Assembly (NCBI GenBank): GCA_036785375.1 | Contig: JAWMAR010000002.1 | Span: 18,166,001-18,230,000, forward strand | Direction of reading: 5' to 3' | DNA length: 64,000 nt | Source: Leucoraja ocellata | Lineage: Eukaryota | Part shown: positions 13,601-25,056 of the stretch, piece by piece | Layout of the letters: every line of letters begins with the position of its first letter | Position numbering within the stretch: position 1 is the stretch's first letter | Translations under genes and position numbers: made by a program | Notes under the pieces: model-generated | Databases searched by the model: none | What the model saw: the letters and a program-made list of their open reading frames with translations, nothing else | What the model was told of the DNA's origin: nothing

Positions 13601-14122
13601 CGTATGGAGTGTCCTCCAGTTGCTTTGGCTTCCTCTGACATGGCAAGCCCGAGTGGGTTAATTGACCAGTGTAAATTGTTCTAGTTTGTTAGTAATTGGT
13701 GAAATCAGAGGAGTTGACAAAAACATGCAGAGAATTAAAAAATTAAGCTACGGTACGGTGTAAATGGGTGGTTGTTATTGGACAGTCTGAAGAGCCGGTT
13801 TTCATGCTTTATCTCTCCATTACTCTTAAGTTTTTGGACAATTGTGACCTGGAGAGAAGGTTGTTGGCAAGGGAATATTGTTGAATATTAACAAGGGTAT
13901 GTTGAAAGTAGATGGTCATTCCCTACCACTTTTGCAGTGCAAATGTAACTTGCACTTATAAGCCAGTATCTAAATGCTGTTCATACCTTACAGCTGATAT
14001 GTTTTGTAACTTATTTAGGCAATAGAAGGGGAAGCAAGAGGAAGCAAGAAAATATAGGTGCCCAATGCAGCAAGAAATTTTGTACATTAAATGATGATTA
14101 CTAAAACATCAACATCCATATG

Positions 14123-14899
14123 TGGTGTGGCGGCGCCTATCGGCAGCGGCTCGACTACAGTCCGCATGTTTTTTTTTATTTTCTTTGTCTTGTTAAGTGT
14201 ATGTGTTGAGTCTAATTTTTATTATTTTTCTTTAGCTGTGTATATGTGGGGGGTGGGGAAACCGTTAGTCCCTTCACTTTTTCTCTGTCGGGTCTCAGTG
14301 TCATTGGGCCTAGCATCGTGGAGCCGGCAGCGGCCTCTGGCCGGGACCAATCTGAGGGTTCCAGTCGCGGAGCCTGCGGACCTGCCATCGCGGAGCTGGC
14401 CGACTTCGGAGCGGGAGGAGTTGTAGTGACGCGCAGCTATGACCCGACTTCGGAGCTTTGGAGGTTCCAGGCGCAGGCCCGGTGGACAGGAACATCAGGA
14501 GCTCGCAGGTCCCTGGTGGGAGACCGCTTTTCGGAGCTCCCGCAACGGCAACTTCTCCCTCTAGAATCGCGGGGTTTAAAGGACACGGAGCCAGGCCTAA
14601 CATCGCCCCGCGTGGCTTAAATGGCCACAGGACTTAGCATCGCCCGCCGAGGATTTTAACATAGTGAGCCCCAGTCGCCTCGACGCTGCAGTTGGACTGC
14701 TGGACCGCAGGAGAAGAACAAAGGGAAGAGATAAGACTTTGCCTTCCATCACAATGAGGAGATGTTGGAGATTCACTGTGATGGATGTTTATGTAAACTG
14801 TGTTAAGTGTGTGTCTTGGGTTTTTTTTTGTAATGTAATTTCGTTCAAACCAAGCTGTTTGAATGACAATAAAAGGTATTCTATTCTATTCTCTATTCT
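14123..14899 (+). mobile_element. GC/CpG-rich non-autonomous retroposon-like element with tgacaataaa and (TATTC)n tail
   Basis: Sharp GC rise, 3' end gaatgacaataaaaggtattctattctattct typical of a Rex1/L2-type tail; family not identified. Confidence 0.55.
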
Positions 14900-15201
14900 A
14901 ATCCATTAAACAGTGAAAACTGCTATTTGTACAACATGCACAACCCCTTCATGACCACCCCCTTGACTGACCTTGCTATTTGGCATAAACTTTAAAGGAT
15001 CATAGAATCTTGTGAATATAAAGTATGACGAGAGAAAAAAAATCTTTGCAGGAGTATTTTGAAATGAAAATTATCTTGAATTTAACAGAAATCTAAATAC
15101 ATGTCAAGCTGCATTTGTGGCAGTAGCCAGAATTAGGTCATAATATCATACATCATCAGAATTAATAGGCCATTGATCTGACATTATCTCTATCTCTCTC
15201 C

Positions 15202-15203
<2 letters not shown>

Positions 15204-15233
<30 letters not shown>
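15204..15233. repeat. C30 homopolymer (others: C22 11521-11542, G23 21200-21222, G19 22940-22958)
   Basis: Directly visible. Confidence 0.95.
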
Positions 15234-15235
<2 letters not shown>

Positions 15236-15682
15236 TAAATATTTTCAGCATTTTCTGTTTTTATTTCAGGTAAACAATATTCCACAGTATTTTATGATTA
15301 TAAAATGTAAGTAATTCTACTTTCCCTCATTTCTCATTCTTGTATAATCAGTAATCTAACTTTATAATGCATGTGGATTACCGGAATTAGGTGCCTCAAT
15401 ATGAAAAATAAAGCAGTGTGACAGTACTTTTTTTTTAAATCAAGGAGTTTTTTTGTGAATGTGCCAGCTGAAACAGCCAGGCCCTAACTTATCATAAGTT
15501 TCTGACGGTGTCAGAATACTCAAATGAGTACAGGTAAACAAATGAGAGTCATAGAGAGAATGAAAGAAAATCATGAGAAGAAGACAACCATTCATACCAT
15601 CAAGTCTGTGCCAGTATAAATAAGGCTCCTCAGTGCTCCAGAGAAAATAACCTACATTTTAGCCAACCTTTCTACAGACTTA

Positions 15683-15830
15683 GGACAGCAGTAGAGTTGC
15701 TGCCTTTCAGTGCCAGAGAACCGGGGTCGATCCTGCCTACAGGTTAATTGGCTTCGGTAAAATTATAAATTGTCCATAGTGTGAAGGGATAGCGTTAGCA
15801 TATGGGGTGATCACTCATCGGCTCTCTAAA
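15683..15830 (+). mobile_element. HE1 SINE, internally deleted
   Basis: gtagagttgctgcctttcagtgccagagaaccggggtcgatcctg joined directly to aggttaattggcttcgg. Confidence 0.7.
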
Positions 15831-15999
15831 GCTATTGCCCGGGCAATATCCTCATAAATGAATCCTCTGAATTGTAATCACATCGTTCCTACAACATTGT
15901 TTTTGAATAGTAAACAATAACTCAGTCATGGCCTAATTACCATTATTTGCTGTTCTACCAAAATCTCTATAAGTTTTAATTCTATGCCTCAGATTTTTA

Positions 16000-16290
16000 G
16001 GCTTCAGTATTTCAGGGACCCGGGTTTAATCCTCACTTTGGGTGCTGTCCAAGTAAAGTCTGCATGTTCTTCCATTAACCATTCGGCTTCCTTTGTGTGC
16101 TCGTACATCCTAAAGACATGCTGTTAGGTTAATCGGTGACTGTGAAGTCCCCATTAGTGTAGGTTAATGGAGAAAAAAAAATGCTGGGGGATTTGATGAA
16201 CATATTTGAGAGAGAATAAGTTAAAGATGCAGGAAAATTAGGAGAGAGGCTATGGGACACATGGCCTCCTGCAGGGATGTAAGAATAAAA
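16000..16290 (+). mobile_element. Older V-SINE
   Basis: cagggacccgggtttaatcctcactttgggtgctgtcc...catcctaaagacatgctgttaggttaatcgg. Confidence 0.55.
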
Positions 16291-16299
16291 TAAATAAAG

Positions 16300-18070
16300 A
16301 ACCCATCTTGTTTTTTTTTTTAATCTCTTTATTGACCTATCCTGGTACTTTTAATAATCCGTGTTAACAATGTACTGAAGACATTCTTACTCTTATACTC
16401 AAATTTCACAATACTCATAACATTTGTTTACACTTTAACCTTCAATAACATACTTAAGAATACCCAAGTCCTTTTGAACAACTATTATTCAATTCCTTAC
16501 TATTTAAAACAAATACTCCACTTATTTTATTTTTTCTACCAAGTGGATAACCACATTTTTCAACATAATATTCCACTTAACTTGTTGTTTCTCATTTACT
16601 TAGTCTAAGTGTATCCTCAACCCATTCTAAATCCAACTCATAACCAATATGCCAAATATTTCCAGCATTCTATATTCACCAAATCAAATCAACTTCCCCC
16701 CCATAGCCATTATTCAGTTTACTGTTTACCAATTATTTTTAAATTCCTGAATGCAGTTAAGGAATACCATGCTCTCAATCATATTTATACCAACACTATC
16801 TCTGTTACTATTATGGTAAATAAAAACTATTATTACTGCTTTAGCACTTTTACATGTCAGAAATATGCTTACAAATTTGTTTTCTTTCCCTCAGAGATCT
16901 TTAATACATTCCCAACAATGTTACTGTGCCATTTTTTGTTCTTTAATTCAACATATAGCCTAATTTCACAGAAGATTTACATCATAGAAGGTCATCATAG
17001 ATGCTGCCTCAACCGCTGAGTTTCTCCAGCATTTTTGTCTGCCTTCGTTTTTCCAGCATCTGCAGTTCCTTCTTAAACATCATAACCAACAATACCACCC
17101 AGCACAAAATCACCAGCAAACATGTATAAATTTAACACAATTTCCCCATCCAAATCATTATATAAATTGGGAAAGCATAGAGAACAGCCACTGATCCCTA
17201 CAGTTCTCCACTAATTACAGCCTCCCAACATGAAAGCTACCCATTCATTCCCACTCTTTGCTTGTTAACTAATCCTTAGTGTGCAGCAATACTCATGCTT
17301 CAAATTTGTTTAATAACCTCTTGCAGTCCGTCAAAGATTTTCTGAAAGCACGTTGACCATATCCAGTGGTTTTTTTGCTCATTTATTCTGCTAATTACAA
17401 CCTAAAACTCTAAAAAAAATTGAAAATGTAATTTCTATTTGGCTAAACTATGTTAATGCCCTGTGACTACTTTCTTATTAATAGATTCTAGCATGTTCAT
17501 TACTCCCAACAACTGACTTATTAGTCTGCAGTTCACCATTTTCTCTCCCCCTTCATTCATGAAGAATGGAGTTACATCTGTCCTCTTCAAATTTGTGAGA
17601 ACCATTCTAGAATCTATGGCATGGTGGAAAATGAAAACTTGAAATGCAGATTAATCAGATTTCAGTCACGTGTATTGGTCTTTTTTTTAAAAAACTAAAG
17701 CTAAATTCTTCAGCTTCTTCACTCTAGAGCTACGTTCAGCAGTGTTTTCAGGTTTTTTGCCTCTACTTTCAAGAAGGTAGTCACAAATAAAATTGCTTCA
17801 TTTCCCTGCCATTTCCTTTTCCCGTAATATTTGTCCTTTTTCAATAATGAACACATTAACTTTTTCTATGCTTTCTTTTTGTTGTACACACACACACTTA
17901 TAGAAGCTTCTAAAGTCTGATTAGTTTCTTGCAAGATTATTCACATGGTATACTGTTTCCTTATCAACATTTTGTTCCTTTCCCAAATTACGAAAGGTTC
18001 CTAATTCATTAATTCACTACACTTTAAGCAACATTGCAAATCTTTGCCTTTAACTTCTCATTAGCCATGG
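16300..18070 (-). mobile_element. Ancient degraded CR1 LINE (RT region), interrupted at ~16640-17085
   Basis: Antisense CR1 hallmarks ctaccaagtggataaccac, catccaaatcattatataaatt, cactgatccctacagttctccactaattacagcctcccaac. Confidence 0.55.
16649..16989 (+). repeat. Local duplicate, copy 1 (about 340 bp, paired with 20803-21142)
   Basis: Colinear near-identical text from atgccaaatatttccagcatt to tttacat(c/g)atagaa. Confidence 0.9.
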
Positions 18071-18353
18071 GTTTAATATGATATTTAAAACAAACAATAT
18101 AAACATTATAATTTATTATTTGTTCAGTGTCATTAGTTGTAATGACATTTTAGAATCACATCAACACATGCTTCCCATCTACATAGTTGGATTTTTAAAA
18201 AAACGTCTCTTTTTAGATTGAGCTAAAACACTTTAAATCCATATATAAAGTTTTATTGCATTCTATTAAATGCTTTCATTCTTCTTGAAAAGACCAGAAG
18301 TGCAAGGTTTAGCACATCCTCAATCTACAATACAAGATCTAAAACAGGTTATA

Positions 18354-20010
18354 CAGGTGCACAACCTTTTATCTGAAAGCCTTGGGACCGGACACTTTTC
18401 GTAATTCAGAATTTGTCGGTCTTCGGAATGGAAATTTTTTAGCGTAGATTTTAATGGCTGGCTCAGTGGTAGAGTGCTCGGCTCATATCCGCAAGGTCAC
18501 GAGTTTGCGCCTTGATTCCGGCAGTTACTCGGTCGCGAGTTTGAGTCTTCAATGTAGTTTTTTCTTGCAGAATAAATGTCTGTATGAAATGCAGTGTGTT
18601 GAATGAATTCCTGAATTTGTAAATGTGCCCGCAGCATTGAATCACCTCTCGCACTCATGTCACCCTAGTGGGGCTACATGCCCTTAGGCGGCCTAGCTCG
18701 GGGATTCTTGAATCCCCGAGCTAGGTCGCGAGTTTGCGCCTCGATCCTGGCAGTTACTCGGTCGTGAGTTTGAGTCTTCAATGTAGTTTTTTCTTGCAGA
18801 ATAAATGTTTGTATGAAATGCAGTGTAGGAGAGGTGTACTGACTGTGTGGGCAGAACTTTGGAAGTGATTGCCCACCAGTCTAAAAAGCCGCTGTGTCTC
18901 CCTGTCCCTGGGATATCAGGGGGCGATCAAACAGCACAATACCCCCCTCCCCCTCCAACTCCAGAGGAATCCTCTCCCCGATGGGCCGCTACGGCGACAA
19001 GTGGCAGTTTGCCCACAGCCCGAGCTGCGCCACCCCAAGAACAAGACGTACCTTGCACACCATCAGCTTCTGCCCCTACGTGTTCCTCTGGAGTTGGAGC
19101 GGGGCTGGGCTGGAGTTGCTGCTGGCTGTGGGTCTCTGGGATCTCCGTGTTTGCAGTGGGCCTGCGGGTCGCTGTCCCGTTGGTCCTGACGTCTCCGGCC
19201 ACCCCCCTGGACTGGAGCTGAGACTGGGAACTGTACCGCCCTTGCCCCCTCCCTCTGCAACTGCAAACAACCCCACTCTCCTGCAAGGGCGGTACAGTTC
19301 CCGGAGGATAGCAGGTGGCCGGAGACGTCAGGACCAACAGGAACCCGCTCCCCGATGGGCCCCTACGACGCCCCGAGCTGCGCCCCGTCATCCGCAACCC
19401 AGGTTCCTCTGTAGTTGGAGCGGGGCTGGGCTGCTGTTGGCTGTGGGTCTCTGGGTTCTCCGCGCTTGCGGTGGGCCTGGTGGTCGACGTCCAATTGGTC
19501 CTGACGTCTCCGGTGACTGCACTGTCCTGCTGCCATCGCCGACGTGAAGACAGTGCAAAGCCCCCGCGCCAGTGCAATGAGCTGGCTACGGGTCAGGGAG
19601 AGGGGAGGGAAGGGGTCACACACATGGCAGGGAAGCAGAGGGGTGTAGGTGGGGTGAAACTGAGGGGAGCGACAATCTGCTGCTGCCTGCACGCTGAGTT
19701 AAAAAGTTCCCACGCAAGACTCACGATACACTGTGTATCGTGAGTCTACCGTGGGAACTTTTTAACTCAGCGGGCAGGTAGCAGCATATTGTCAATTATT
19801 AACCCTCCCGCGCAATATACCCTCACCTTCTCTTTTATGAATGGGGATTTAGTTCCCCTTTCTTCGAGGACCGACCGGAGGTTCCGCTGTCACCTCTGCA
19901 GGCCGCCCTCGGTGAACGTTTTCAAGGATCTTTCTTCAAGGACCGAAAAAAATGTCCGCTATTCGGAGGTTTTCGTTATTTGGATCTTCGGATAAAAGGT
20001 TGTGCACCTG
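18354..20010. mobile_element. Tc1/mariner (Tigger/pogo-like) non-autonomous DNA transposon, 1657 bp
   Basis: 24-bp TIRs CAGGTGCACAACCTTTTATC(T/C)GAA with one mismatch; TA duplications at 18352-18353 and 20011-20012; no transposase ORF. Confidence 0.9.
19671..19793. repeat. 123-bp near-perfect palindrome (61-bp arms, 5 mismatches, 1-nt centre)
   Basis: gacaatctgctgctgcctgcacgctgagttaaaaagttcccacgcaagactcacgatacac-t-gtgtatcgtgagtctaccgtgggaactttttaactcagcgggcaggtagcagcatattgtc. Confidence 0.95.
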
Positions 20011-20802
20011 TATCATTGTTTGTACTTCAACAAGCTAATCAAGAAAGTCATTGTCCATGAATTTGTCTTTTACACAATTATTGCACATTTGGTTTGTCCA
20101 GTCTTTCTGTTGATTAAAGTTCCCCATAATTATTACAATAAATTGTTACATGCAGCAAAAAAATTCCTAATTTATAACATCGCCATTGCATGCCCCCCCC
20201 CCCTCCCCCCCTCACTTTGTTTTCCTAATTTTCTTTATAATTTCATTCTAAAATTCAAAATTCTCTGTATGCTTCCAGGCTCTCTACTGCATTATTTTCA
20301 GTCTCATTCTTCCCTATTTTGCCTTCTCATCCTCAATGCACATTGCCAAAACTGGAGCCTCCTGGGTGAGAATCACATGCTTTTTCTTTGTGGGAACACA
20401 CTTATTTGAAACCCTTAAATCTCTTTCTTAAATGCTCACATTGCCCAGAGACTGATTTATCTTCAAATAGCTACTTCTGGTGGACCTTTAGTAAATCACT
20501 TCTTAGTCAAATAAAGTTAACCTTATCCCAATAGTGAACCTTTAACCCTATTTTATCTTTGTCCTTTTCCATAACTATGTTAACCCTAAATGAATTATGA
20601 TCACAACCAACAAAATACTCCCGCACTGATACTTTTTCAACTGCTCAGCTTCATTCCCCAAAGCCAAAAAACCCTGCAGATCCTGCAAACGGAAAATGCC
20701 TGAATACACAGGAGGTCATACAACACATGTCCAAAGAGAAACAGAGTTAGTGTTTCAGGTTAATGACGTTAACTGTTTCACTCTACAAAGGTGCTGCCTA
20801 AC

Positions 20803-21142
20803 ATGCCAAATATTTCCAGCATTTTATATTCACCAAATCAAATCAACTCCCCCTCCCCACCCCCACTATTCAGTTTACTGTTTACCAATTATTTTAAAAC
20901 TCCTGAATGCAGTTAAGGAATACCATGCTCTCAATCATATTTATACCAACTCTACCTGTTACTATTAAGGTTAAAAAAAAAACTTTTATTACTGCTTTAG
21001 CACTTTTACATGTCAGAAATGTGCTTACAAATTTGTTCTCTTTCCCTCAGAGATCTTTAATACATTCCCAACAATATTTCTGTGCCACTTTTTGTTCTTT
21101 AATTCAACGTATAGCCTAATTTTACAGATTTACATGATAGAA
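20803..21142 (+). repeat. Local duplicate, copy 2
   Basis: Direct repeat of 16649-16989, about 90% identical by eye. Confidence 0.9.
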
Positions 21143-21170
21143 AGCCATTTGGTTCAGTTCCCAGTTATAT

Positions 21171-21996
21171 CAGTTCCCTCATTATAATGGACCACACGAG
21201 GGGGGGGGGGGGGGGGGGGGGGTGGAATGATGTCCGTTATAACCAAGTAAGGTATCATCATTGCATGTATTTGAAACAAAGAACTACAGATGATGGTTAA
21301 TCCACAAAAGAACACAAAGTCCTGGAGTAACTCAGCGGATCTGGCAGCATCACTAGGGAACATGGATAGGTGATGTTGGGACCCTTCGTCAGACCGATTC
21401 AGTATGCAGTGCTATTCCATCTTAAAACTAGGCACCGATGTTACTGGTCTGCACCAGCAAGCCCTTCTTCGAAGGTTGACGCAGCTGTTGTTACCGCTCA
21501 TGCTGTAGCTTTTGGCTGTCAGCTTCCTTCACGCCGCTGCCAACGACATGACACGCTCAGTCACCATGGTGCCCCCACCCCTCCCACCTGGTGCCACTTC
21601 CAAGGTGGAGTATGTTGGCGACTCCGGGAGAAAAGGAGAAGGCAGTGGTGGGGGATGGGAAAGAGGCCTTGTGGACAGACCAACGGGGAAGCAGGAGGTG
21701 GCAGCTGTCGAGCGGATAAAGGGAAGGAGAAAGGAGCAGCTGGCAAGAGGGGAGGGAGCCCCGCAGTGACCGTGGGTGGCTTGACAGTGGCGGCGGCCCG
21801 AAGAAAGCCCTGTCCTCAGGAGCCACATGAGCCGCAAAAATAGCAGCTTCAATTGAGTACAGTGAGTGAAGAACGGCTTGCTGGAGACCCTCATAAGCAT
21901 GCGCTCTAAGCGGCCGGGGTGGCAGTATGAGTTGAGAGTGTGTCTGCTATAACCAAAATCCACTATAAAGGGGCATGTTAAAACAAGGATTTACTG
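21171..21996. mobile_element. Degenerate Tigger-like DNA transposon with a nested Penelope fragment (~21270-21400)
   Basis: Ends cagttccctcattataatgg and gttaaaacaaggatttactg|ta are degenerate inverted repeats; subterminal (g/c)tataaccaa motifs; GC-rich core. Confidence 0.45.
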
Positions 21997-24432
21997 TATT
22001 AACTTGCTCTTTCATTCTAAGCCTCCATTTATAAAACCCAGGATTATTTTCTCAAGGTATCCTGCATTTTTTAACAATCTATGTTTATATGTCCTCAGAC
22101 CTCTGTTCTCCTATATCTTTTAAAATTGTGCCCTTTAGATTATAATTGATAATATGTCAAACATCATCTCACAGCTACAGTTGCTCCATAAGGTGAAATA
22201 AACACAAAAAGTGTTATGAAGATCGAGCAGCATTCGTAGAAGGATGACAGTAGGCTTAATGAAGGATGACAGTAGGCTAAGTAGACTATTCAATGACATT
22301 TGTTGAGTCATGATCGTTTTTTTGCCATTGGTGCACCTAGTTTACGACATCTGTAGTTGCTTTGCTCCAAATTCCCAATATCTACAGTTTAAAAAAAAAG
22401 GATAACAATGCCAAACCATTCTAGCTTTATTCTTGAACTCATTTAAGCCCTTGATTACATAATACTTTTTACCAACTTTCCTATAGATAAGCTTAGTTTA
22501 TTGTCATAGACACTGGGGTTCATGTCAGATGAAGCTCAGTTTGTTTTTTCCCTACTCGGGTAATGACGAAAATATGCCACTTTTTACACTACAGGATGGA
22601 AATAAAATTATCAAATACCTTGCAAATATCAGAACAGATCTAACATTCTGTTCTGTTATCAAAATTCAGAACCTTTAAACTCAAATTGCAAACAGAAATT
22701 ATGATTTAAATGCACATAATCTGAAACGCATATTTCAGATAACATATATTTTGAAGATCTAATATCCTAAGAGAAACCTGTTAACTTGTGCAGCAATTAC
22801 ACATTAATTCTGATTGTCTTTTAACAATTAGCAACTTGTTATACAATATGTTTACAACTGGTTTACATATGGAGTTCAACTTAATTAACAATTTGTTATT
22901 TTGAAAGATTCAAATCATAACTGCTTTATAATAGTGACTGGGGGGGGGGGGGGGGGGGTATTAATTAACAATGGAAGAAGTTTCAAATAAAATAAATAAT
23001 TAGAGACAGCAAGACTTTCCAAAATGGCCAACAACAGATTACTAAGCCAGGTTTTGAATTGTAAATAAGCCTTTAACATGGACACAACTACTACAGGAAA
23101 CACCAGAACCTCATTTAAAAACTGTGTGCAACATTATTCTGTGACAAACAATCTGCTGGAGGAACTCAGCTGATGGAAAAGCATGGAGATGCTGCTTGAC
23201 CTGCTGAGTTCCTCCAGCCAACTGTTGTTTCTCCAGATTCTAGCATTTGTTGTCTCTTGTGTCCATTCTTCAGTCCCCAATTCTCCATTCTTCGTATAAA
23301 CAAAATTTAAAACTAAAAGTGTCACAAAAACATCATCTATTTTTTCATCGTTTTTTTCCTGCTTTCCACATTACAACCATTTATTTTGTCCCTCTTCTAT
23401 TTATGATGGTGAATAGGCTGATGTTATTCTCGCTGGTAGGATAGTTATGCATTGCACTCATCCTTCCATGCAGCTCATCACCTTCATTCCTCAATAACAA
23501 ATGAAAAGTCCTATGAGTTTCCATTTTAACAGTTAAATACTGGAATGAATTGCAGGTACTTTTGAGCATTTATACCACATGAATACGAGCTTGCAATGAA
23601 GCTCTCTGAACCTTTCAATAAAATTCCGCCAATTAATAAATTCTAGATAGCTTATTGTTTTCATATCTCTTCATAACAGTGAAGATAAGGAATGTCAAAG
23701 TAGGGAGCTATATTAATTAAAGAAATAAACCAGATTTTCCCATAAATATTTCACCGTATGTCTACACGTGCAGTGTTGTACCTGCTAGCCTGGTTAAAAG
23801 AAACAGCAATTAATCCCATGATTAAAATTTTAATTACTTAATCTTGTATCAATTAGATAGCCAATTACAATATCCAGTGTGTTCAAGTTTATTTTATTAC
23901 TAAACCTGTCATCCAAAAACCAATCCAGACAGCTAATGTTTATTTTTCTTCTTTTTTCTACTTCCAGAGACTAATAAAAAATTATTTAGAAAAATATTTT
24001 CATGATATGGATGGGCACAAAGATTTGTGTTGTGTTGGGGTCACAGACTAAGATTTTAATTTCTTATTGCTTCTCCAGACTCAAGCATCTCTTGGGACAT
24101 TTTGGTGATGTGATGAGTGCAGTGAGTGAGAGTTGTTGAAATAAGGAAAACCACAAAAACCTACCCATTAATTGCAGAACTAATTCATAGCCTAAATCAC
24201 AATAGTATAATTAAGCCCAAGAACCCAATACAAACTGTTACCACAAGGAAGGCTCCTTTAAAGCCATTGCTAATAATTTATTGATAGATCATATGTTATT
24301 ATGTTCTGGAAGAGCTCAATACAACTGGTATATAAATACCATCACAACCCTGATAGGAGGCTCCAATTAAATTAATTTGTAACAGTATTGGTGTTATGTC
24401 CCCATTTTCCATTAAAATACCCTGTAAACTTG

Positions 24433-25056
24433 ATAGACACAAACTGCTGGAGTAACTCAGTGGGTTAGGCAGCATTCTGGAGAAATTGGATAGGTGATGT
24501 TTTGGGTCAGGAACTTTCTTCAGACTGATTGTAGTGCCACCCCCGCCCCGCTGACTTGTAAACTAACCAAACAAAATAAGAGGTGCTGTTCCTCTAATTT
24601 GCCTCGCCCTGGCAATGGAGGCCAGGATAGAAAAGGCAATCCAGTGGTAAAAGACAGCACCTCAAATTTATTTTGGGCAGCTTACAACCCAGCGGTATGA
24701 TCGTTCAATTCTCCAATTTCAGATAACTTCTACAAACACCTCCCTTCCCTCGCCCTTTCCTCCACTAAGAATCCGTTAACCGGTTCCACAGTTTTTAACG
24801 GTGTATCCCTCTTGGGCTCACACCATCTCTAGCAAACAATCGGCCTACCAGCGAACCTCTTTGCTCGAGGTCATTTGTTGCCAGCCCCAATTTGTCCAAA
24901 CCTCCCCCATACCCCCCCCCACATTAAGCCTGAAGACAGGTCCCAAACCAAAACGTCACATTTATTTTTTCCATAGATGATGCCTGACCTGCTGAGTTAC
25001 TCCAGCTTTTTGTGTCTATCATTGTCTAAACCAGCATCTGCAGTTTCTTTTTTATT
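24433..25056. mobile_element. Penelope-like element with inverted termini and GIY-YIG ORF end
   Basis: 24652-24726 (+) translates RQHLKFILGSLQPSGMIVQFSNFR*; inverted termini gatagacacaaactgctggagtaactcag and ctgagttactccagctttttgtgtctatc. Confidence 0.85.

Larger units (their letters stand above)
12510..13830 (+). mobile_element. Old V-SINE split by two younger insertions (own sequence ~12510-12595 and ~13601-13830)
   Basis: Head cctcacagcgccagaggcccagattcaattctgacc and V-domain gtggagtttgcttgttctc, resuming after 13600 with tcctccagttgctttggcttcctc...ggttaattgaccagtgtaaattg. Confidence 0.55.

Noticed and set aside
18457-18525. Possible functional tRNA-Met gene
   Set aside because: No acceptor stem, GTTTG instead of GTTCG in the T arm, and it lies inside a transposon; kept only as a tRNA-derived fragment.
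18847-19743. Overlapping 100-217 aa ORFs on both strands
   Set aside because: GC-rich internally repeated interior of a non-autonomous transposon; no DDE/HTH or other recognisable domain.
22535-22560. Minus-strand CC CGA GTA GGG AAA AAA resembling the ARIGK exon start
   Set aside because: No AG acceptor, the sequence diverges immediately (QTELHLT*), and there is no donor.
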